A DNA stretch of 51,728 nt, taken from IMG/VR virus record IMGVR_UViG_3300042326_001602, positions 1 through 51,728 of that record. One strand, given 5' to 3'. The DNA comes from a virus (Duplodnaviria; Caudoviricetes). Within the stretch, counting starts at the first letter, position 1. Each line of letters begins with the position of its first letter. Positions 36,629 through 44,246 of this stretch are shown here, in pieces. A model generated the notes under the pieces. The model worked only from the letters and a program-made list of their open reading frames with translations, did no database searches and had not been told where the DNA came from. The position numbers and the translations under genes were made by a program.

Positions 36629-37240
36629 ATGAACACCACCTTCGCCACCCGCACCCGTCCGTTCACCAGTCCGTACCCCATCGACAACATCCGCTCCGAG
36701 GCTGTCGCAAGCCGCGATCGCCGCAACCGCGAGCGTGACGCACGCATCAAGTCCCTCGTCGCATCCGCTCCTTCCCACAACAAGGACGAGTTCTACTGGA
36801 CCATGATCTACGACCTCGAGGAGGCGCCGACCATGACCGCTCGCTCCATGCTGCTCGAACACGGCATCATCCCCGTTCCGCCCCAGGAACTGGTCACCAC
36901 CGCCGACACCCACGACGAACTGTGGACCGTGATCGAGGCGCTCTCCCGCTGCAGCGTCTATCTCGTCAACACCAACCACCTCTGCGACCGAGACCTGTAC
37001 TCCCGCCTGTACTACCGCATCCTCGATGAGGAATGCCGAGCCATGCCCCCGTCCACCGAGGCAGCCGAGTACGTCGACTGCCTGCACCCGATGGATCTCC
37101 AGTACCCGCTCGGCAAGCAGATGCCGCAGCTCACCTCCGCTCCCTCCTCCCAGTCCACCGGCAGCTACGCCCGTGGCCCTGAGTACAACGTCATCGGCGC
37201 GATCTGCGACCGTGACGATTACCTTCCCCGTCCCTGGTAA
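36629..37240 (+). CDS. Conserved hypothetical protein resembling a bacterial uncharacterised family (203 aa)
   Basis: PP.EL......LW.VIEAL....VYL..T.HL.DR.LY..L...DRD..LP.P pattern. Confidence 0.7.
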   Translation: MNTTFATRTRPFTSPYPIDNIRSEAVASRDRRNRERDARIKSLVASAPSHNKDEFYWTMIYDLEEAPTMTARSMLLEHGIIPVPPQELVTTADTHDELWTVIEALSRCSVYLVNTNHLCDRDLYSRLYYRILDEECRAMPPSTEAAEYVDCLHPMDLQYPLGKQMPQLTSAPSSQSTGSYARGPEYNVIGAICDRDDYLPRPW

Positions 37241-37560
37241 CAACCTCACGGGGGCAGGCCCGATTCTCTGACGAGATGCCCAGGCACGTTGCCTGTCTCA
37301 TGCGTCGGGACCTGCCCCCACCAAGCCACCTTGGACCAGCCCGTCGGCCGCGACCTGGTCCGCGTGGGGCGCACCGCAGATCCTCTGCCCGTACAGCGGA
37401 GGGAAGGTGCGTCCGTATCCCACAGCCACCCGTCCTCCTCTGAGCACCGTCGCCTCTGCTACTCCCTGCCGTGATATCCGCGCACAGTACGCACGCACAC
37501 TACGGTCACCACGATAAGGCTCTGGCTGGTGGGGTACATTCATCAACCCCGAGGTCACAC

Positions 37561-38235
37561 ATGCAACTCACGCTGCTCCCGTCCAAGCCGTCATGCACGG
37601 CGTGCGATCTCCACTCCGCCGCCAAGAACGTCGGCATCCCGTCCCGCCATCTCCCCACCAGCCTGCCCCCTGACTCGGCCAACCCCGTGGTCATCGTCAT
37701 CGGCATGAACCCTGGCACACAAGAGGACCGAGCAGGCGAGTGCTGGATCGGACCCTCAGGCCAGCTCCTTGCCGGTCCCTACCTCACCGGCTCGACCGTC
37801 TCGTCCCTCGCCACCGTGTACCTCTGCAACGTCGCCCGTTGCGTCTCGCCGGGCGGCAAGCCCAAGCCGGCGCACTATCGCACGTGCTTCACCAACACGT
37901 TGCTTGACATCACCACGATCCTGGACCATCATCACGCCTCGCCTGCCCGTGCCATCCTGTGCGCCGGCGCAGACCCGGTCACCTACCTCAGCCGCACCTT
38001 CCAGCGCAAGGCCATGTCCCAGCAGGACGCGTTCCGTGCGCAGGGCATGTCCATCCCGACCCTCACCCGCACGCACCTGTTCGCCACATACCACCCGGCC
38101 GCAGTCCTGCGCGAGCCCGGCCTCATCCATCCCGTCGCCGACCACCTCGCCCTGCTCCGGAACTTCCTGACCGGCGACCTGGCCCGGCCCACCGCCCCGC
38201 TCATCCGCACCCCGTTCCTCCCGAGGACCACATGA
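37561..38235 (+). CDS. Uracil-DNA glycosylase family 4-like protein
   Basis: CTACDLH, GMNPG..ED..G...IGPSGQLL, YLCNVARC and TYHPAAVLR motifs; GAGG RBS before ATG 37561. Confidence 0.85.
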   Translation: MQLTLLPSKPSCTACDLHSAAKNVGIPSRHLPTSLPPDSANPVVIVIGMNPGTQEDRAGECWIGPSGQLLAGPYLTGSTVSSLATVYLCNVARCVSPGGKPKPAHYRTCFTNTLLDITTILDHHHASPARAILCAGADPVTYLSRTFQRKAMSQQDAFRAQGMSIPTLTRTHLFATYHPAAVLREPGLIHPVADHLALLRNFLTGDLARPTAPLIRTPFLPRTT

Positions 38236-38519
38236 ACCTCAGCTCCGCCGACCTCGACACCATGCGCAAGGCTCTCGTCCTTCTTCGCTCAGACATCACT
38301 GAGATCGGACCTACCTGCGATCACGCGGTGGGCTTCTGCATCTGCGATCTCAAGAACACCTACGAGAACCTCGGCGAACTGTTCTACCGCATCACCGACA
38401 AGCAGGTCGGCTTCCCCCGCCAGCCTGAGTTCATCGACCTCGTTGAGTTCAGCCGCAGGTTCCTCGATCCCAACGCAGCCAACGCTGCCTTCCGCAACGG
38501 AACCATCAACCACCAATGA
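38232..38519 (+). CDS. Hypothetical protein (95 aa; CDH...C.C)
   Basis: GAGGA RBS; ATGA overlap. Confidence 0.7.
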   Translation: MNLSSADLDTMRKALVLLRSDITEIGPTCDHAVGFCICDLKNTYENLGELFYRITDKQVGFPRQPEFIDLVEFSRRFLDPNAANAAFRNGTINHQ

Positions 38520-38707
38520 GTGACCTCAACCTTGTCATCGAAATGATTCGCAAGCTCAACGCTGAGATCGAAGGCTTGCGTGAAGATCGGGATAAAGCAA
38601 GGCGCATGTACTGCAGCGTCATGGCTGACTGCCTCACCGAATACCGCTCACCGCAAGACATCGCCACTGATCGTGGCTGGGACTGTTACAAGGAGGACGG
38701 CAAGTGA
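38516..38707 (+). CDS. Small coiled-coil protein ending in RGWDCYKEDGK (paralog 1)
   Basis: Shares its C-terminus with 38704-38988. Confidence 0.7.
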   Translation: MSDLNLVIEMIRKLNAEIEGLREDRDKARRMYCSVMADCLTEYRSPQDIATDRGWDCYKEDGK

Positions 38708-38988
38708 GCAAGAAGAAGCCAAAGACAATTGGTGCTTCCTACCCACTTTCGTTTATGGGGTGCGAAGGAGAAGTGATCGTGGAGATGACTCCGACCGAGG
38801 CAGTTTCAATGATCGAAAAGGCATGGCAGGAAAACAAGCGACTTCGGCAGGAGAACGCAACCCTCACCGCCGAGCGCGACGAGGCGAGGCGGATGATCTG
38901 CCGTTTGCATTTCACTAGTGCTGAATTGCAGCACGACTTCGCCAAAGCCAAGGGTTGGGATTGCTTCAAACAGGAGGACGGCAAGTGA
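38704..38988 (+). CDS. Small coiled-coil protein ending in KGWDCFKQEDGK (paralog 2)
   Basis: AGGAGG RBS; GTGA coupling. Confidence 0.7.
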   Translation: MSKKKPKTIGASYPLSFMGCEGEVIVEMTPTEAVSMIEKAWQENKRLRQENATLTAERDEARRMICRLHFTSAELQHDFAKAKGWDCFKQEDGK

Positions 38989-39230
38989 ACGACATCGTCA
39001 CCACCCTTCGTGCCCTGGCCAGCGGCCTCGTGCCTGCCGTCGAGGAGAAGGCCATGCGAGACGCAGCCAACGAGATCATCCGACTCGAGGGTTCCGTGCT
39101 GGACCTCACTGCCGAGCGCGACCGGCAGACCGAGATCATCATTACCCTCCGACAGGAATTGAAGGAGGCGAAGGCCCGCAACACCATGTACCTCTCCAAG
39201 ATCCAGGAGTTCGAGGCCCGTGAGTACTAG
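38985..39230 (+). CDS. Small coiled-coil protein (81 aa) with LTAERD motif
   Basis: AGGAGG RBS; GTGA coupling. Confidence 0.7.
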   Translation: MNDIVTTLRALASGLVPAVEEKAMRDAANEIIRLEGSVLDLTAERDRQTEIIITLRQELKEAKARNTMYLSKIQEFEAREY

Positions 39231-41292
39231 TCCCCGAGTCATCTCCCTCGACATCGAGACCTATGGAGCGGCTGCTACCAACGGTCGGAGCACGTTGCTC
39301 CCCGTGCAGACCGTCTTCCATCCGGCCCGAGCAATCGCCACGGACGGCGTTGCACGGGAGGATCTGGTCCTCACCTGCGCCATCACCGTCGCCGCTGCCG
39401 AACCCGAAACCCTCAACAGTCTTGAAGGTATAGCGTCGCTGCAGCCCGGTCCCACCTTCACCCTCAACCTGACTGACCCCACCAGCCACGGGATCCTGCT
39501 GGCGTGGCTTCGCCATGCGCACACCATCGTCGGCATGAACCTGCCGTTCGACATCCTCTGGCTGCGCGCATTCACCCCTGCCCTCGCCCTCGCCCTCAAC
39601 GGACGGCACACCCTCATCGACCTGTCCGTCGTCAACTTCCTGCACTCCGAGCTGCGTCCCGAGCGCAGCCTCAAGTCCCTCGGCCCGGTCCTCGGCACGC
39701 ACTCGTACCGTGACGCCGCCACCCTCAAGGACGGTCGCCGGTTCCCATCCCCCACCTGCCCCGACCTCCACGCGTACAACGCGCAGGACACGCACAACAC
39801 CCTGCTCGCAGTCTCGCACCTCGCCAACCGCATCCGCAACGACTACCCCGCAACCGACAAGCTCAGCGCCTACAGCATCCGCCACTTCAGCGACACGCTG
39901 TGGTCCACCATCCGCATGAGCGAGGCCGGCATTCCCTTTTCACTCAGTCGCCTGAGTAATCTGGAAGCCGACCTCATCAAGCAGGCCGACGACGCAACCA
40001 ACTGTGCCGCTGCTGGTGGGGTACTCATCGAGGGCGAGGGCTCCGTCCAATCCCAGCGCGAGTTCATGTCCCGCTGCATCGAGGACATCCTCCCCACCAA
40101 CCCCGACTTCCTCTCGCACCCCCTCCTGACCTACACCGAGAAGGCCCGTGAACTCTCGTGGTCCAGCGAGAACCGCCGCCTGATCGCAAGCCACCTGCCC
40201 GACTCGCACCCAGCCCGCACCATCTTCGAGTGTGCCGATAAGCACAGTACTGCACAGAAGCTGGTCTCGTCGTACACATACCCGCTCCTCCGTCACCGGC
40301 GCACCAAGCCGACCGACCGCTCGTCTGTCCTTCTCAGGCGAACAGATCGCCCCGATATCGGCATCGCGTACCCCACCTGGTACACAGTCCCGTCCGTGCC
40401 CAAGGACTCGGGCTCCGAGGGCGGCACGATCCAGGCCCGCATCACCTGCAAGAACCCCGCAGCGCAGACCTTCCCCGCCGTCATCAAGGACTGCGAGGAG
40501 TCACGCTTCGAGGGCGGCAGCATCGTCTCGTTCGACCTGAGCCAGATCGAGCTGCGCGTGGCGGCCATCCTGTCCGGCGAGCCCACGCTTCTCGCCGCAT
40601 TCAACGACGGGCTCGACCTGCACACCCAGCGCACGCTCGCCATCTTCGGGCAGGACGCCCAGTCCCGCCCCGACTTCAAGAGCCTGCGGCAGATCGGCAA
40701 GACCGTGAACTTCGCCGACCTGTTCGGCGCATCCGCCGCACGCCTGCAGCGCAGCGTCCTCGACATGTCCGGCACGCTGTACCCCATGACGTTCTTCGAG
40801 CAGATCGTCAGCAGCCGCTACGCCCAGCGACCTGGGCTGGTGGGGTGGCAACACTCCCTGTGCAAGCAGGCCGAGACAGCCGGCTACATCGAGCTGCCCT
40901 ACACCGGGCACACCCGCACGTTCACCGGCTTCCGTCTGGACGAGCGGGCATGGCGCAGCAAGCGGGAACTCAAGCAGGTCCTCGCCCGTGGCGGAAAGTC
41001 CATGATCTCCGAGGTCTGCAACTTCCCCGTGCAGGCAACCGCAGGCAACGTCATGCTCGCCATCCAGAACTTCATCCACCGGGCACTCGGACCGATCACG
41101 TCCCCCACCAGCCACCGACAGCCGCTGCTGTTCCTCCAGGTCTACGACGCCCTGTACTTCGACTGCCCCGCAGGCACCGAGGAACACGCCGCAGACCTGA
41201 TGCGGGACGCGGTCGAGTTCGTCGGCACGGCCGGCTACTGGTCAGAGTTGTGCAATCGTTCCGGACATCACGCACCCCTCATCTACGAGTGA
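39220..41292 (+). CDS. polA: Family A DNA polymerase with 3'-5' exonuclease
   Basis: Exo I DIETYG, Exo II NLPFD, Exo III YNAQD; motif A DLSQIELR, motif B R..GKTVNFADLFG, NFPVQ, motif C QVYDAL. Confidence 0.9.
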   Translation: MSTSPRVISLDIETYGAAATNGRSTLLPVQTVFHPARAIATDGVAREDLVLTCAITVAAAEPETLNSLEGIASLQPGPTFTLNLTDPTSHGILLAWLRHAHTIVGMNLPFDILWLRAFTPALALALNGRHTLIDLSVVNFLHSELRPERSLKSLGPVLGTHSYRDAATLKDGRRFPSPTCPDLHAYNAQDTHNTLLAVSHLANRIRNDYPATDKLSAYSIRHFSDTLWSTIRMSEAGIPFSLSRLSNLEADLIKQADDATNCAAAGGVLIEGEGSVQSQREFMSRCIEDILPTNPDFLSHPLLTYTEKARELSWSSENRRLIASHLPDSHPARTIFECADKHSTAQKLVSSYTYPLLRHRRTKPTDRSSVLLRRTDRPDIGIAYPTWYTVPSVPKDSGSEGGTIQARITCKNPAAQTFPAVIKDCEESRFEGGSIVSFDLSQIELRVAAILSGEPTLLAAFNDGLDLHTQRTLAIFGQDAQSRPDFKSLRQIGKTVNFADLFGASAARLQRSVLDMSGTLYPMTFFEQIVSSRYAQRPGLVGWQHSLCKQAETAGYIELPYTGHTRTFTGFRLDERAWRSKRELKQVLARGGKSMISEVCNFPVQATAGNVMLAIQNFIHRALGPITSPTSHRQPLLFLQVYDALYFDCPAGTEEHAADLMRDAVEFVGTAGYWSELCNRSGHHAPLIYE

Positions 41293-41295
41293 ACC

Positions 41296-41598
41296 ATGGG
41301 TCTACCCAAGCACATCCCGCCTCACACCTTCGATGCCCTGTACCGCTTCTACAAGTTCGGGCACCAGCCCGGCGACTTCCTCGGTGACCTGATCGCCGGC
41401 AACATTTACTTCGCTGCCTGCCGTGCTGACGCACAGAACCACCAGTACTTCGCGGACATCATCATCTTCATCAACCAGTACGCAAGCCAGGTGTCCAAGG
41501 ACAACGACATGTTCAACTTCAAGTGGGAGACCTGGCGATCCCGCTTCAGCCCAGACGCCACCGAGATCAGCTTCCACTACGAGGACCCCGATGATTGA
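41296..41598 (+). CDS. Hypothetical protein (100 aa)
   Basis: Tight packing; codon bias. Confidence 0.7.
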   Translation: MGLPKHIPPHTFDALYRFYKFGHQPGDFLGDLIAGNIYFAACRADAQNHQYFADIIIFINQYASQVSKDNDMFNFKWETWRSRFSPDATEISFHYEDPDD

Positions 41599-41908
41599 CA
41601 AGAAGACCACGCACCGCAAGGACATCACCGTCTCGTTCGAGAAAGATGACATCTATCTCGACATCACCTACGACTGCGTGTTCACCGTCACCTCCAGCGA
41701 ATCGCAGCCCGGACTCGTTGACCGCAAGGTCGAGTGGGATCGCATTACTCCAATCCACGTTATGTATGCCTACGACGACGGCGACTACGAAGACGAGATC
41801 GTGTGGACATACGGAGAGACCATGCCCGACAAGATCACCAACGCGCTCGAGACGTTCTCGAGCATCATCCTCGGCAAGCTCGCCGACAGCATCGAAGGAA
41901 TCCGATGA
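41591..41908 (+). CDS. Acidic hypothetical protein (105 aa)
   Basis: GAGGA RBS before ATG 41591. Confidence 0.7.
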   Translation: MIDKKTTHRKDITVSFEKDDIYLDITYDCVFTVTSSESQPGLVDRKVEWDRITPIHVMYAYDDGDYEDEIVWTYGETMPDKITNALETFSSIILGKLADSIEGIR

Positions 41909-42366
41909 CCATCAAGACACCTCTCGCAGACGCCTTCGTCGCCGCCATCCGTGCGGCATTCCCCGGCCAGCCCCTTCATGTCCGCATCGTCTACAACGGA
42001 GCGGGAGACGACGGGTGGTTCGACGACTTCCACGTCCACTTCACCCCGCGAGACCACGACTACGAGAACATCTCCGGCTGGTACGCACGGCACATCACGT
42101 CCGGGGAGTACAAGCCATACGGAGACGAGGACATCCAGAGAATCCAGGTGAAGAAAGCCCAGGCCCGCATCATCAGCGACGTGATGGACAAGCACGACAT
42201 CAACGACGTCTACCGTGAGCTCGGCAACATCCTGTGCAAGCGTCATCCCGGCTGGGAGATCAACGACGGCGGCTCGGGTGCCTTCGTCTTCTACCCTGAC
42301 GGTACCCGGCGTCACGAGCACACCACCAACGTCATGGAAACCATCGACGAGGAGCAGCCCTTCTAA
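41905..42366 (+). CDS. DUF6878-like protein
   Basis: Y.G.GDDG and HPGWEINDGGSG motifs, recognised from memory. Confidence 0.7.
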   Translation: MTIKTPLADAFVAAIRAAFPGQPLHVRIVYNGAGDDGWFDDFHVHFTPRDHDYENISGWYARHITSGEYKPYGDEDIQRIQVKKAQARIISDVMDKHDINDVYRELGNILCKRHPGWEINDGGSGAFVFYPDGTRRHEHTTNVMETIDEEQPF

Positions 42367-42764
42367 TGCACCCCCACCACCACGCCCTGTCCTCCGCCAA
42401 GAAGTTCGGCGGGAAGGCCGATGACTACGAGTTCATCCACTCCTGGTTCGACGAGACCAAGGCGTTCTTCGGCGACGCCCGTCACCGTGCGCTCCGCCAC
42501 CACACCGCCGGCATCTTCTGGTGCGAGAAGGAGTTCGGCACCACCATCACCAACAGCCTGAACAAGCAGGTCCCCACCCGCCTGATCGCGGAGCAGCACG
42601 TCATGGAGGACATGGGATTCCTGCCCACGCCCGAGTGGTGGCTGAACCAGATGAAGCTGGCGCCCGAGATGAACCACGTGCCCGTCAAGTCCCGAGATCA
42701 CGACACCCCCATCGACACCCTCAAGCGCGCACTCGCAGTCGAGATGTACAAAGGAGAAGGCTGA
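42366..42764 (+). CDS. DUF6915-like His-rich protein
   Basis: HP.HHA.SS.KKFGG, IH.WFD.TK, RHRALRHH..GIF and EQHV.ED motifs, recognised from memory. Confidence 0.8.
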   Translation: MHPHHHALSSAKKFGGKADDYEFIHSWFDETKAFFGDARHRALRHHTAGIFWCEKEFGTTITNSLNKQVPTRLIAEQHVMEDMGFLPTPEWWLNQMKLAPEMNHVPVKSRDHDTPIDTLKRALAVEMYKGEG

Positions 42765-43144
42765 TGCCCACCGTCCAGTTCAACAACCTTGAAGACCTCG
42801 CCACCATCGTCACCCACTTCGACTCGCACCCCAACGCCAAGCTCTTCCTCGTCCACGACCACGGCGTCTACCTCATGCCCGGCTCCCCCTCCCTGCCCGG
42901 CAAGAGGGAAGGCATGCACTGGGTCACGCACGCGAAGGACTGCAACCCGGACACCGACCCGGAGTGCTGGGAGAACGCACGCGACCTGGTTGGTGGGGAT
43001 GACTTCGGCGAGGACATCACGACCGCCATCCACGTCATCCGAGCATGCGTGAAGGAAGGCAAGGGATTCTCCATCAAGGTCTCCCCCACCAGCTTTGCCT
43101 TCAACATGGGCAGGAAGTTGCCCAAGTCCGCGAAGGTCGGTTGA
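42764..43144 (+). CDS. DUF3085-like protein
   Basis: LV.D.GVYLM, CNPD and GGDDFGE motifs, recognised from memory; AAGGAG RBS. Confidence 0.75.
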   Translation: MPTVQFNNLEDLATIVTHFDSHPNAKLFLVHDHGVYLMPGSPSLPGKREGMHWVTHAKDCNPDTDPECWENARDLVGGDDFGEDITTAIHVIRACVKEGKGFSIKVSPTSFAFNMGRKLPKSAKVG

Positions 43145-43156
43145 TACGATGGGGCC

Positions 43157-43879
43157 GTGTCCCAAGTCACGGTCCTGATCGACAGCCGAGAGAAGAAGCC
43201 CCTGACCTTTCCGGCCCACCTCGTGGTGCTGGACAGGGCACGCCTGCCCACCGCCGGTCGGTCCCGCACAGTCACGGTCCGCACGCAGTCTGAGACCATG
43301 AAGACTGGGGACTACCGGTTGGTGGGGGGCAAGGCGGCAATCGAACGCAAAGGCTCATTCGAGGAGATCGCTGGGAACTGCCTAACTACTGACGGCAGAA
43401 GGCGTTTTATTGAATGCTGCCGCAGGCTTCGAGATGACGTGCAACATGCCTGCCTCCTGTTTGAGGGCGCAATCGGGGGGTTTGAAGTACGGGCTGGACT
43501 TCCGCACCCGGGTGTTGCAGCGGATGCTTTATTGGATATCATCGGGGCGTTCGGATTGCCGATTATTCTCATGCCCCTAGCGACGGTCGGCCAACGAAGG
43601 GCTGCAGGGGAATGGGCTCTGAGATGGCTGATCTCGAAGGAACAAGCAAATGACCTCAGTCCAGATCTACACAAACACAAGCTCGGCACACTTTGCGACG
43701 ACGACCGGAGGGCCGGATGGTGCGAAGTTTGTAGCCGCTCTTGTTGCGGCTGCGGACACGCCGGCGTCTCATCTTCCGCAAGCAACGAAGCCGGACGCGA
43801 CAAGCCATCCCAATTCCCTGTTCACTGGCAGCAGCCTGAACTACCTCCGGATCAAGCTTCTGACAACGGGGTCGGCTAA
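43157..43879 (+). CDS. ERCC4/XPF-type nuclease (possible resolvase)
   Basis: IDSREKKP, TGDY and AIERK motifs. Confidence 0.8.
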   Translation: MSQVTVLIDSREKKPLTFPAHLVVLDRARLPTAGRSRTVTVRTQSETMKTGDYRLVGGKAAIERKGSFEEIAGNCLTTDGRRRFIECCRRLRDDVQHACLLFEGAIGGFEVRAGLPHPGVAADALLDIIGAFGLPIILMPLATVGQRRAAGEWALRWLISKEQANDLSPDLHKHKLGTLCDDDRRAGWCEVCSRSCCGCGHAGVSSSASNEAGRDKPSQFPVHWQQPELPPDQASDNGVG

Positions 43880-44234
43880 TCTCACCAACATCCCGCAGTT
43901 CTACGTTTACGGCTGGAGTCGTGAACTCACGACCGGCTGGTGGGAGTCGCGACTTCTCGCATCGCTGAAGCCTGGTGTTGCAACTGTTGGCAGCACAAGC
44001 ACAGTTACCTGGCCGGGGGTTGGAACTGTTCGGGAGATCGTGCTTCTCGGGGACACGACAACCGCTCCTGCAGCTACTCCTCATCGCGGTGATGCCAAGC
44101 TCTATCAGTCGTTTGCAAGCAGTGGTGGAGCACAGTTCCTCGTTGATACGATTGGAACAGAGTTCATCGAGATCCACTTTACTCAGCCAACCCTTTCAAC
44201 CGGAAACTTCTACGCACTCTGCGCAGGTCTCTGA
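43650..44234 (+). CDS. Putative virion / tail-associated protein (194 aa, Thr/Ser/Gly-rich)
   Basis: AAGGA RBS before ATG 43650; precedes the tail-spike-like gene. Confidence 0.6.
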   Translation: MTSVQIYTNTSSAHFATTTGGPDGAKFVAALVAAADTPASHLPQATKPDATSHPNSLFTGSSLNYLRIKLLTTGSANLTNIPQFYVYGWSRELTTGWWESRLLASLKPGVATVGSTSTVTWPGVGTVREIVLLGDTTTAPAATPHRGDAKLYQSFASSGGAQFLVDTIGTEFIEIHFTQPTLSTGNFYALCAGL

Positions 44235-44246
44235 TCAGGAAAACAA

